DNA from: a virus
Taxonomy: Duplodnaviria; Caudoviricetes
IMG/VR virus record: IMGVR_UViG_3300024255_000031
Coordinates: 1 to 58,615 of that record
DNA length: 58,615 bases
Reading direction: 5' to 3' (one strand)
Below are positions 33,801 through 40,087 of this stretch, piece after piece. Position numbers and translations under genes: made by a program. Numbering within the stretch: the first letter of the stretch is position 1; each line of letters opens with the position of its first letter. The notes beneath the pieces were generated by a model, which had not been told where the DNA came from, searched no databases, and was given only the letters and a program-made list of their open reading frames with translations.

Positions 33801-33934
33801 CTGGTACAGTATTCATTGCAAACGATGAAATAACAACAACCAGTGGAGGACAGCTAAATATTAAAGCGAAGATGAACTTCACAGGCGGTGTTGACGGTGC
33901 ACCAGTAGCACTAGGCTATTTCTTAAGCAGATAA
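21881..33934 (+). CDS. Giant multidomain virion structural protein, 4017 aa, with tandem helical CxRD repeats
   Basis: Same N- and C-terminal architecture as the 2616-aa paralog, plus ~12 helical repeats with KCxRDxG(Y/L)..DA..YD...GGN. Confidence 0.7.
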   Translation: MAEFKLGRIRFVWQGNWSSDRAYVADDVISFGGKSYICIRNHTSSDTFNTDFDNEIPKWEIVSDGTKWRGEWEPEVEYAPGDVVKYGSLVYICEIGHTSATFGAPDFLGLEEDLGNWTPFATSFDWKGDWTTDTRFKINDLVRYGGFVYLCNTAHISAATEELGLENDQSNWELFSDGLVYLGEWVTATRYKVNDVVKYGGNVFICTAPHTSNDFLTDETNWDVFIEGFQFEDSWNNSNVYQIGDTVTYGGYVYVAKTNNSAAQPTASPADWEVFTTGFAFQGDWSSIDSYKVGDVVRVGGTTYVAVADSTDQNPPNDTYWSKLNSGINWTNSTETFLQVQGTNDVSSGSGARFDVVKSKTVYTVSVSTGFAGTGYAQDDTILITGDNTGGTTPANDIVVTITGVTAGAVDSVTHTGYSSTWTATTEYVVGDVVIYGASSFICTATHVAQTSNRPDNDLEADYWNLLTLGSEALSLTTEGDMVYYGNQGPTRLPIGVDGQILRATDGKPDWANYGLVDNVVYVGPLGTDEPAPRSGLSIDKPWRSVRYALEQVRDGYLNPQAKQILKNNKQFFKKEITSWLDYTYGVTVTETTAGSRVFTTFDTSNLRDGMPIEFDGVNVFGGVVEGQTYYVDSVISSTTFRIAETQGGISFIPTDATGVMKGKLSYNAAKCERDTGYIVDAMIYDIGRGGTLRTTEAARSYYTEAGNEYITDVFGYQRTQTIEAYEQLKALVAEVLNNEKPVSYQSLMGILIEERASQFIDLSLVSENNAKVKADDLIDIVTIGLEAESNTAIPLPQLPNTTVFIKTGTYNEILPIIIPEYTAIVGDELRTSVIQPQPAIPLLAKDKDKTTSALNRIKEVSEQVIQNITIDATTGNTTPQRYLNGYGGATESTQRLDMSIVKTLNVLEKGVGEVALVPEVGPTPTGGTNNASDSGFANAIAQIEANIDFIVAEQTAWIQAQVDGVIAPFAADFTFDTANCERDTRFILNALRYDLTYGGNFQTTVAARSYFVNGNPVYGTGKKEETLATYTHLKSIVGDVIIEAAITPTPANTEVQDTDGDAGSAAAETFADTRLQEIFDTIDTDGTLPTAVAPDTTWVSNSISSIVTDFTSEKDTLRTSVIDFINSNYGKFTYDSAKCRRDSTILQDGSAYDVALGTNYNSIRNGVAYRRSAGEKVLEDQLTETLGAITEQKSLVAALISDTTAITRSDAYWDELLDIIENNTPNAITWSDPGVAAKTTARSDLQTNRTAIIADVISWIGTNYPNFTYDQTLLELEMGYMIDAISYDVQYGGNSATREVTSAFLTNYIGILPSSQIEVTNEAIDEITTIAATYMTGATEEAEVATLVQIISNAISADDIIALPAATYPDITWATAPIQADTNAIIDDTTVVPEVIQYITNTYSGFVYDHTKCSRDTGYIIDGLEYDILFNSKFNGTKSGMAYRRAISSAEIVIEEQLEATLGAVDHLRREIRDITSRTDKIVASTTTLKDIVVNNNVPVSYTITDPTGYDTGFFNARRLVVANQQFILDEASAYLNTNYNALWTGLTVDEQNSWIDDIDELVEALRYDLTYRGNLETTVRARSYYVDGVFVRPANQKAASIALKERLAAIIDDITTGVSITPSAGNVTAQVTSGTAGSAGAAAFALDRFTEVKNTVDTGILPAAIDPNITWVDAGLQELKSVVDERKSLIQAGSIDYINKMYPTLVYDETKCSRDVGYMIDAVIYDVIFNSNFRSTTAGKSYQRGITSTNVVLADQLSPSVDTIDYVNEALTELTIGVDTTIGQDNAAQEAYNLVKDMTTVIQNGLNSVPPIKLLAPTGYNTSDLVDVAYATTTNTTGDSSTYGNAADQLLANRDFISDELQQWLVDPTNGFDSIWGGLSANAQERCIRDAQFIVDAIRYDITYGGNTQTNVAGAAYFSNFVLTIQNNELAATLASYARLREIIGQIIAETSVTTSPGVTETQDTSGTVGNAAAIEFAQERVDDITYWLNNSTFEEKVEVATEWQLQERKTAYARLVDRKDEIVDDVVYWVEKNHQDLEYNQATCKRDAGLIVDALARDVVTGSNFATIKAGMSYYRAIPSALKTLKGELNATVGAMNFLAEKARRVALTAPNEAIKQLVTDITSYIDGGALPTPKWRDTNLEDNPDICGASTIWENKAYIQEEVIEHITQEFPEIEYDEAKCRRDVGYIVDALRYDLSFGGEYATYKMFEYYYYNNSVQLGDNELEATLAAYDYVKFVAMSLAINSVSSPGALQTRVEPKLRDESQLTGDAGTFARVEELMTALYNNLSIGEYINRVTVTDVASNALTTSEVHNFTIGTELIVDSINGELDTGTYYVKTVPTSTTFTLSTFFNGPEAALSDATGLEDIINVVRTPDLSNVTANFKQQFTNIQGSKSLIQEKVTDYIVEKFPTLVYNQAKCERDVGLIIDAVGKDMLLDTNYLTTIAALSYYRGTQADVVIKEQRLATVQAYRELKNFITTYVSGEGSSVNYGGRNDNSSVKVRVNNLMNIVINIIEKGAKVTPEMQGTVTYFNDRETINAVDALKVNKDFLGSEATAWIKANFGGEVTDIVGSPGALSFSAPHNLEVNDPVVFSGTVFGGIEVGVTYYVSAVPSANDIQLTTAPGEESINTFTGGSGSMTASYAFDETACKRDMASYIDSIIYDLQYPGNYHSLRAARLYVNAVEGSQYSDMFYVRNATGARNMTFNGLLGNLSEKNQFGTRRPTGGAYVSLDPGFGPWDTEAWVTNKSCYVQNVSTFGTGCIGNKIDGSLHAGGNRSVVSNDFTQILSDGIGVWCSGNNSLTELVSVFAYYNYAGYIADFGGRIRATNGNSSYGTFGVIAEGTDLGEEPIVADVDNLSQNALVYSVSTDGEEEVLAMEYSNAGTGYTNAQYAISGNGFNAATVGDEFRDQAVVEARIIDVDDGNGTGGEDYVIAQNVAQGGDKVSITLAATDFALGDAYNGMRAQVTAGTGVGQYGNIINFNNGTKKCTVFRPSFDNLTVTATSATGNVITVADTTTLYVDMPVYFDAAIGGLDRGDSPSDVYYITNILSSTTFTVSDSVGGVNITLTNTTGQSVTMYAAGFDNIIPGKPSEDSLDLTTGYTVEPAIVYAKPGFTAASISTADAIDFGPGTFADGRFIAIEGGAGASTNYSLDGETWATGGALPASANWSDVVFGGGQGATARAVIGGLGGTGAVLEAELGELNSIGLPGPTQIARVNVIQGGTGYITPPTIVFTSTLGGGGATAVATVKDGAIQNIIITSTGAGYAQAPTVAAATDKLTEVIVQTRGRGYQSSPTVTITGGGASTQAQVIANLENEGVTAIRLDTDVDDNPLFGEGYTTTPTVTIVDDDAKWVAIADGSTTNAYLPTSGALNANWTAGNPFTASHYVGITHGTNTFVAVGSAGSVDAAQTSTDGISWTPRTMTTPASGTFSAVRYGAGRFVAINTDGFTAVSVNGILWEEGGNMPSALGDWISLAWGNGRFVAISSIGEYAISYDFGANWYSESDTLNNISATGWTRVAYGQGLFMAVCDGASSCAISSDGLTWNEGALSGTASWSTPIFGNPNSVPVWVALTSDAATTANKIKTGARAHGRCYAEDGALIATTLLEPGSGYPEGSIVSITSPNTIALDSTDNMYVGQPITFEGADLAIAALNSETLYYVSDVTGNTIEVSLISGGASYDVETIVAQDIAGSTFQAGPLVTVTDPSSTVDANVNPRIRNGVLGQPTFTNRGSGYSSATTELGGDGNADLYQPSTFIAVRNLFELPEPGSNVEFANIPEKYYKLVTISNVIGQEGSYTATFQISPGLDVLTAPKDGTVITTTNKYSQVRLTGHDFLYIGTGNKAKTNYPFVDITTAYIESQQLGSGGGRVFYTSTDQDGNFNVGGLFGVQQSTGTATLDADAFNLAGLQSLQINGLGLGIGSAIVTQFSTDPFFTENSDNIVPTQRAIRSYITAQIGGGQSSLNVNTLTAGTVFIANDEITTTSGGQLNIKAKMNFTGGVDGAPVALGYFLSR
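30356..30403 (+). repeat. 48-nt perfect direct repeat, copy 2
   Basis: Identical to 17052..17099. Confidence 0.85.
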
Positions 33935-33949
33935 ACGGAGAAAAATAAA

Positions 33950-34270
33950 ATGGCAACAGGAAGATTAGGAGTACAGGATTTAACGGCGGACACAGATACT
34001 ACTGTGTACACCGTTCCTGTAGGCACGTATGCGATTGCAAACGTGTCTATAACAAACAGAAACCAAACATCAATTACATTGAGATTGGCGATGGCAACAA
34101 CATCTACACCAAACCCAGAGGAATTTATAGAATATGAAACTGTAATTATTCCAAATGGTGTTTTTGAGCGTACAGGACTTGTGATGCAGGGCGGACTAAA
34201 TATAGTAGCAAGAACAAATCAAAGTAACGTTGGTGTAACTGTATACGGCATCGAAACATCGACAACGTAA
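33950..34270 (+). CDS. Small beta-sandwich-like virion protein
   Basis: GGAG RBS. TTVYTVP...VSITNRN...IIPNGVFERTGLV. Paralog of 2175 and 13179. Confidence 0.55.
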   Translation: MATGRLGVQDLTADTDTTVYTVPVGTYAIANVSITNRNQTSITLRLAMATTSTPNPEEFIEYETVIIPNGVFERTGLVMQGGLNIVARTNQSNVGVTVYGIETSTT

Positions 34271-34290
34271 TTTGACAGGGGAATTAAAAA

Positions 34291-36393
34291 ATGGCACGTT
34301 ATAATACAGCACCACAGACACTGGAAGTGACAGGAGAAACAGAATTCACCTATGCGTTCACAGGCGGAATTATTAGTTTAACTGGTACAACAGGTTATAC
34401 TGTGACAATGGTAAGTCCAGTATTTTTCCCTGGCAGTAGGCAAACATTCTATAATGCTACTGATGGAATGATTACACTAGAAACAGCAGCAGGACAAATT
34501 ACAGGTAACGGTGTTACACTTGGAACATCAGTAGATATTCCAACTAACTCAACATACCAAATAACATCAGATGGTGCAGATTACGTACTAACAAGTGCGT
34601 TAGCTGGTACAACAGTATTTGAACTTCCAGTTACATTTAACGATGTACTAAACGCTGATGCTAAAGTTGAATTAAATCCGTTAGACAATAATGTAGAAAT
34701 TAAACCAACCGGCTCTGGCATAGTTGACATTAGTCCTCAATCCTCCGTCTCAATTCAACCAGGGGCACAGGCAACTATCCGTCCTACAGGCGATTTAACA
34801 CTAGCATCTGCATCGGGCTCAGTAAGCTTAGGTGAAGCCGGCAAGGCAACAAGCTTTCCGGGTAACATTAGCTTCACAGCAGATAACCAAACTATTAATA
34901 TGTCACCAACTGGAACCGGATCGGTAACAATAGATCCAGGTGGCAATGTTACTATTGGTGCAGGCGGAACTTTAAATATTAGTTCTGACACACTCGGTGG
35001 CATTACTAATATGAGTATCGGTGCGTCAAATCCAAGTACAGGCGCATTTACTTCAATAACAGCAGGCGGATCTGCTACATTTACTGCAAACGCTGCATCG
35101 ACTAGTACTACATCAGGAACGATTATTGTTACAGGTGGCGCAGGTATTAGTGGTGACATTTATGCAGGAAGTTTACAAGGTACTCCAATTGGTAGTTCTT
35201 CTCGTAGTACAGCATTATTTACTAATTTAGGCTCAAATGGCGATGTAGCGTTTACTAAAAATGTAGCATCAACTAACACTACAACTGGTACACTAGTTGT
35301 AGCAGGTGGTGTTGGTATAGCAGGAGCACTACACGCAGGCAGTATTCAAAATACTGCAATTGGTAGCTCAACACGCAGTTCAGGTGCATTTACAACACTA
35401 ACATCAAACTCTACAGTAGATTTTACAGCAACAACTGAAGCAACTGACGCTACTGGTGATACAGGTACACTTAGAGTAGAAGGTGGTGCAAGTATTGCTA
35501 AACGTGTTTACTCCGGTGGTGGCTTCCAAGGTGCAATTGGTAATGTTTCACGTAGCACAGGTGCATTTACAACACTAACAGCTAACAGCACAGTTACACT
35601 AAGCCCAGGCGCTAACGTAACACTAAGTCCAACAGGATCAGGTACAGTTACACTATCACCAGCAGGTGGTGGATCAATTAACAATATGTCAATTGGTGCT
35701 ACTACTAGAAGTACTGCTCAATTTACGTCTATTAATGCAAATAGTACAGTAACATTTAGTAGCGTACTTGACTTGACAGCTACAACAGATTCTAATGGAA
35801 CAAACGGCGATAACGGCACATTGCGCTGTGAAGGTGGTGCAAGTATTGCTAAACGTGTTTACTCCGGTGGTGGTTTCTTTGGTAGCCTAAGTGGTAACGT
35901 AAGTGGTAACTTAACCGGTAATGTAACTTCAACTGGCACTTCAACTTTTAGTGTTGTTAACGTAGGCAGTCGAGTAGATATTACAAACACTACAGACGCA
36001 ACTGATAGTTCAGGCGATACAGGTGCATTGCGTGTTGAAGGCGGTGTAAGTGTTGCTAAAAGAATCTTTGCTGGTGGTACTATTGTTGCCAATGGCGGTA
36101 CACAAGGTATTATCGGGTACTCACCGCAAAACAGTTCAACAACTCTTGCAGACAGTGACAGGAAATACATTGTATCTAACACTGGTTCTATTACACTAAC
36201 GTTGCCAGCAACAGGTACAGATGGCAGAACTATTGTACTAGTAGACGGAAATAACTGGGGATCGTTTAACTGCACACTTGCAAGAAACGGTAAAAACATA
36301 GGCGGCGTAGCAGAAAACTTAGTTTTGAACGTATCTAATTCTAAAGTAGAATTAGTTTACAGAGGCGGCGACTGGAAGGTATTCTTATCATAA
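34291..36393 (+). CDS. Ser/Thr/Gly-rich tail fibre protein, 700 aa
   Basis: Repeats of GAFT.L...ST..TTG.L.V.GG..I. C-terminal TLTLPAT...LVDG...TLARNG..I...ENLVL...LVY...W domain typical of T4-like fibre modules. Confidence 0.65.
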   Translation: MARYNTAPQTLEVTGETEFTYAFTGGIISLTGTTGYTVTMVSPVFFPGSRQTFYNATDGMITLETAAGQITGNGVTLGTSVDIPTNSTYQITSDGADYVLTSALAGTTVFELPVTFNDVLNADAKVELNPLDNNVEIKPTGSGIVDISPQSSVSIQPGAQATIRPTGDLTLASASGSVSLGEAGKATSFPGNISFTADNQTINMSPTGTGSVTIDPGGNVTIGAGGTLNISSDTLGGITNMSIGASNPSTGAFTSITAGGSATFTANAASTSTTSGTIIVTGGAGISGDIYAGSLQGTPIGSSSRSTALFTNLGSNGDVAFTKNVASTNTTTGTLVVAGGVGIAGALHAGSIQNTAIGSSTRSSGAFTTLTSNSTVDFTATTEATDATGDTGTLRVEGGASIAKRVYSGGGFQGAIGNVSRSTGAFTTLTANSTVTLSPGANVTLSPTGSGTVTLSPAGGGSINNMSIGATTRSTAQFTSINANSTVTFSSVLDLTATTDSNGTNGDNGTLRCEGGASIAKRVYSGGGFFGSLSGNVSGNLTGNVTSTGTSTFSVVNVGSRVDITNTTDATDSSGDTGALRVEGGVSVAKRIFAGGTIVANGGTQGIIGYSPQNSSTTLADSDRKYIVSNTGSITLTLPATGTDGRTIVLVDGNNWGSFNCTLARNGKNIGGVAENLVLNVSNSKVELVYRGGDWKVFLS
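35479..35873 (+). repeat. 44-nt perfect direct repeat pair (35479..35522 and 35830..35873)
   Basis: GAAGGTGGTGCAAGTATTGCTAAACGTGTTTACTCCGGTGGTGG occurs twice in the fibre gene. Confidence 0.85.
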
Positions 36394-36409
36394 AGAGTAA
36401 GGTAATTAA

Positions 36410-37375
36410 ATGGCTAATTTAAACAGACTTTTAAACGACAGAGCCCAGGTATTTCGTCGAGGCGAGGAAGATACCAAAGGCGGTCAAACATATTATTATG
36501 CTTTTACTGATACTGCTACTGGTCGTTGTCAATTTTGTTGGAAGTCACCGGGTACTGGCTGTGCAGTAGTAGAAGTTTGGGGAAGTTCAGGCGGTGGCGG
36601 CAGAATGTGTTGCTGTTCCGGTCCAGGCGTTCCTGGTAATCCAGGTGCCTATAGTAGAAAGTATACCAGAGTCTGTAGCGGAACATATATATGCGGATGG
36701 GGCGGTTGTTCGCAACAGCCTACTAATTTGTGCTACGGCGGACGTGGCAATTGCTCAGTAGCATGTGTGTTTAACTCAGGTAATAACGGATGTGCAAGAT
36801 CAGAAGCAGGCTTTGGCGGATTTAGTCGTTGTACAACTAGTACATCACAATTCCGTTGTTTAAGAATCCAATGTAATTTTTGCTCAACTTGTATTGGTAC
36901 ATACTGTGGTATTGTTTGTAACTATCGAGGTCCAAACACTGCTGTGGCTGCAAATGCATCTAGTGGAGATTTAAATATTCCAGGTGGTATTTCTTGTACT
37001 AGATTCTGTACGTGTTACAACTGTAGATCGTGTGGTTATGAATACACCTTAGCTCTATCGCCAGGAGTACACGGACAAGAATGTTCACCGTGTGTAAGAA
37101 TGAAAACTGCCGGCGAGCCAATGAACTGGTGTAACTGTGCTACACATTCAGGACGTATGTCAGCACAATTGGGAGTTAAAGCATTTACTAAAACGTTACC
37201 TCAAATGTACCCATGCTGGAGTAGCGGCAACAGAGAATGTGCTTGTTACGAATTTGTATCGTGTTATTACAATGGTACTGGAGTTCCGGGACTAGGAGGT
37301 ATACCTTGTGCCGGCGTCAGAGCAAACCCAACACGTGGCGGTCATGGCGGCATCAAAGTAACATTTTATTCATGA
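36410..37375 (+). CDS. Cys-rich, Gly-rich putative fibre-tip/adhesin protein 1
   Basis: EVWGSSGGGG...GNPGAYS...GGHGGIKVTFY glycine-rich-domain framework. ~34 Cys by manual count. Confidence 0.6.
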   Translation: MANLNRLLNDRAQVFRRGEEDTKGGQTYYYAFTDTATGRCQFCWKSPGTGCAVVEVWGSSGGGGRMCCCSGPGVPGNPGAYSRKYTRVCSGTYICGWGGCSQQPTNLCYGGRGNCSVACVFNSGNNGCARSEAGFGGFSRCTTSTSQFRCLRIQCNFCSTCIGTYCGIVCNYRGPNTAVAANASSGDLNIPGGISCTRFCTCYNCRSCGYEYTLALSPGVHGQECSPCVRMKTAGEPMNWCNCATHSGRMSAQLGVKAFTKTLPQMYPCWSSGNRECACYEFVSCYYNGTGVPGLGGIPCAGVRANPTRGGHGGIKVTFYS

Positions 37376-37390
37376 GGAAACAGGCATAAT

Positions 37391-38353
37391 ATGGCAAATT
37401 TACAGAAACTATTAAATGATAGAGCAAATGTCAACTTACGAAGTGTTGAAACTTTAGCAGCTGGTCCGGTATATTATTATACCTTTACAGATACACAAAT
37501 TGGCAGATGCCAATTTTGTTACAAAGCACCTGGTACAGGATGTGTTGCACTAGAAGTATGGGGGTCAGCAGGTTCGGGCGGACGTCAGTGTTGTTGCACT
37601 ATGGCAGGCTTGCCTGGAAATGCTCCGGGATATAGTAAAAAATTTATTAGAGTATGTAGTGGAACATATATATGCGGATGGGCAGGATGCTCGCATCATG
37701 GTTTAAACTTGTGTACTGGTTGTCGAGGTAACTGTACAGTGGCATGTGTGTTTAACTCGGGTAACAACGGATGCGCTAGAGGCGAAGGCGGATATGGCGG
37801 CTGGACTAGATGTATTACTAGTGGTACACCGTATTGTTGTTTAAGAGCTTGTAACTTTTGTGCAACTCAGGAAGGCAGTAGCGGTTGTGGTATTATTTGT
37901 AACTATAGAGGGCCGCAAGGTGCTGTACCTGCAAATGGTTCTAGTGGAGATGTAAATTATAATGGCTGCTTTTCATGTACTAGATATTGGTGCTGCTGTA
38001 GAGGCTATCAACTTTGTGGAGTTGAGCATCGTGTATCAATAGCCGCAGGCATACATTCGTCAGATGGTCCAAGTAGTTTACAATTCCAAAGAAACCAAGC
38101 ACCAACAAACAACGGCAGCGGCGGCTCAACAGGTCGTGCTGAAATGCAAATTGCTCACGCTGGATTTGGACAAACAATGCCTCAGATGGATTTTTGTTGG
38201 CAAGGTACAAGAGAGTGTGGCTGTTATGATGCTTTAGGATGTTATTTTGGAACTCCTGGCATTCCCGGAACAAGCGGTGTTGGCTGTGCTGGTGTTAGAT
38301 CACAAGGCATGCGTGGCGGACACGGTGCTGTTAAAGTAACATTCTATTCATAA
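37391..38353 (+). CDS. Cys-rich, Gly-rich putative fibre-tip/adhesin protein 2
   Basis: Paralog of protein 1. ~32 Cys by manual count. Confidence 0.6.
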   Translation: MANLQKLLNDRANVNLRSVETLAAGPVYYYTFTDTQIGRCQFCYKAPGTGCVALEVWGSAGSGGRQCCCTMAGLPGNAPGYSKKFIRVCSGTYICGWAGCSHHGLNLCTGCRGNCTVACVFNSGNNGCARGEGGYGGWTRCITSGTPYCCLRACNFCATQEGSSGCGIICNYRGPQGAVPANGSSGDVNYNGCFSCTRYWCCCRGYQLCGVEHRVSIAAGIHSSDGPSSLQFQRNQAPTNNGSGGSTGRAEMQIAHAGFGQTMPQMDFCWQGTRECGCYDALGCYFGTPGIPGTSGVGCAGVRSQGMRGGHGAVKVTFYS

Positions 38354-38368
38354 GGAAATAAACGTAAT

Positions 38369-39328
38369 ATGGCAAATTTAAGTACACTTATTACTGATAG
38401 AAATCGACAAAGGCAAAGCGGAGCTGACAAAGGAAGTTCTGGCACAGTATTTTACTGGACACATACACAAACAGGTGGCGGAGCTTGTCAATTCTGTTGG
38501 AATTCTCCAGGTACTGGTTGTGCTGTATTAGAAGTGTGGGGGTCGTCAGGCGGCGGCGGCAGAATGTGTTGTTGTTCAAAAAGCGGCCTTCCAGGCAACT
38601 CAGGAGGATATAGTAAAAAATATATCCGTGTATGTAGTGGTAGTTATATATGCGGATGGGCAGGGTGCGCAACACAATCAACTAATCTTTGTTGTGGCGG
38701 CCGAGGAAATTGTTCAGTAGCATGTGTGTTTAACTCAGGTAATAATGGGTGTGCTAGAGCAGAAGCTGGGTATGCCGGAAACACTAATTGTACAACAAGT
38801 ACAGCGCAATTCCGTTGTTTAGCATGTAGATGCGGTTATTGTAGTACAGCATGCGGTACATACTGCGGTACTGTTTGTAATAGAGCCGGACAATTTAGTG
38901 CTGTTCCTGCACCAGCATCAAGCGGAGATATAAACCTCGAAGGAGGGATATCGTGCACCTTTTTTCACTGTTGCTGTAATCAAATTTGTAAATCAAACGA
39001 TACAGTAACACTAGCAATTTCCGCAGGAATTTTTGCTGAAGGTCTTACTTGTTTATCATACAATAGAAACTGGTACCCATCGGCCCAAAACCAAGCATCA
39101 AATGGCCGCGCAGAACTAGATATAGCACTATCAGGATTAGCAAAACAGTTTCACACCTCGAATTGGAGATGCTGGCAAAGTTGGAGCCCGTGCGGTTGCT
39201 ACGAAGCTTCGGGATGTCACTACGGTGCAGTAGGAGTACCGGGCACTAGCGGACAACCGTGCGCCGGCGTTAGATCAAATGGTCTACGTGGCGGACACGG
39301 CGGAATTAAGATAACATTTTATAATTAA
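38369..39328 (+). CDS. Cys-rich, Gly-rich putative fibre-tip/adhesin protein 3
   Basis: Paralog of proteins 1 and 2. ~33 Cys by manual count. Confidence 0.6.
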   Translation: MANLSTLITDRNRQRQSGADKGSSGTVFYWTHTQTGGGACQFCWNSPGTGCAVLEVWGSSGGGGRMCCCSKSGLPGNSGGYSKKYIRVCSGSYICGWAGCATQSTNLCCGGRGNCSVACVFNSGNNGCARAEAGYAGNTNCTTSTAQFRCLACRCGYCSTACGTYCGTVCNRAGQFSAVPAPASSGDINLEGGISCTFFHCCCNQICKSNDTVTLAISAGIFAEGLTCLSYNRNWYPSAQNQASNGRAELDIALSGLAKQFHTSNWRCWQSWSPCGCYEASGCHYGAVGVPGTSGQPCAGVRSNGLRGGHGGIKITFYN

Positions 39329-39346
39329 ATACAAAAGGATAAGAAA

Positions 39347-40006
39347 ATGAAAAAGACAGTTACATTTTATATAAACGATGAACCATTATCGCCAACTGCA
39401 ACTGAACAGCGTCAAGCTACTATTAAGTACGATGGTCCTAGATATTTATATTTAGAATATTGTACAGATGAAGAATGTATAATGGCACCAGTGCATTGGT
39501 CAGACGAGCAGGAACCTGAAGTAGCAGAAGAACGTAGGACTATTGATGATTGTCGCGTAATTCTTGAATTAGATGCCCAAGACACTATATTTCCAATTGC
39601 CGTTATGCTTAATACAACGTATAAGATGACTATTGATAATTATACAGAAACACTTCCAGACGGCGAAGTATATACGTATGAGTATCCAGAAGATCCGGAT
39701 TTAGACTCTATTTACGATATTAAAAATATGCGATTTAATCCAGAAACAAAGGATTATGACGAATGGTTATATGATGTTAACGATGTAACCGATGAAGAGT
39801 TTCTTGAAAGCATCGACGGCGCATTACAGTCTGTTAATGACGACATAGACGAAGGCGAATTCACAGAAGAAGAAATGGTAGCTGTTAATGCTTATAAAGC
39901 TGAATTAAATCAGTTAAAGATAGACTATGTTACCGGCATATACGGTCCTGTACCACACTGGAAACTTGGATTTCCGTCATTAGATCTAGATTCAAAAATT
40001 TATTAA
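39347..40006 (+). CDS. Acidic protein, possible tail-fibre assembly chaperone
   Basis: Very Asp/Glu-rich, directly after the tip genes. C-terminal helix AYKAELNQL...HW...FP resembles tail-assembly chaperone ends. Confidence 0.4.
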   Translation: MKKTVTFYINDEPLSPTATEQRQATIKYDGPRYLYLEYCTDEECIMAPVHWSDEQEPEVAEERRTIDDCRVILELDAQDTIFPIAVMLNTTYKMTIDNYTETLPDGEVYTYEYPEDPDLDSIYDIKNMRFNPETKDYDEWLYDVNDVTDEEFLESIDGALQSVNDDIDEGEFTEEEMVAVNAYKAELNQLKIDYVTGIYGPVPHWKLGFPSLDLDSKIY

Positions 40007-40034
40007 CAACCACTTTCGATAACTTGTATTTAAC

Positions 40035-40083
40035 AGGTCCTATAAATATCTAGTAATATACACTATTAGACTTTATAGGACCT
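40035..40083 (+). promoter_or_regulatory. RBS-sequestering hairpin containing late promoter TATAAATA (40041..40048)
   Basis: AGGTCCTATAAA (40035-46) pairs perfectly with TTTATAGGACCT (40072-83), which contains the AGGA RBS. Inner stem TCTAGTA/TATTAGA. Confidence 0.7.
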
Positions 40084-40087
40084 ATCA

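Noticed and set aside
2243-38681. Many 60-175 aa antisense or alternate-frame ORFs inside the large genes (also 46880-47755 and 51536-56602)
   Set aside because: They lie wholly within long, motif-bearing genes, lack RBSs, and read as the Val/Leu/Pro/Ser-rich shadows expected from antisense frames of Thr/Asn/Gly-rich genes.
36410-39328. Diversity-generating retroelement or invertase-driven shufflon acting on the three Cys-rich paralogs
   Set aside because: No reverse transcriptase or recombinase in the window, no adenine-specific template/variable repeat pair, and all three copies are intact, co-oriented genes.
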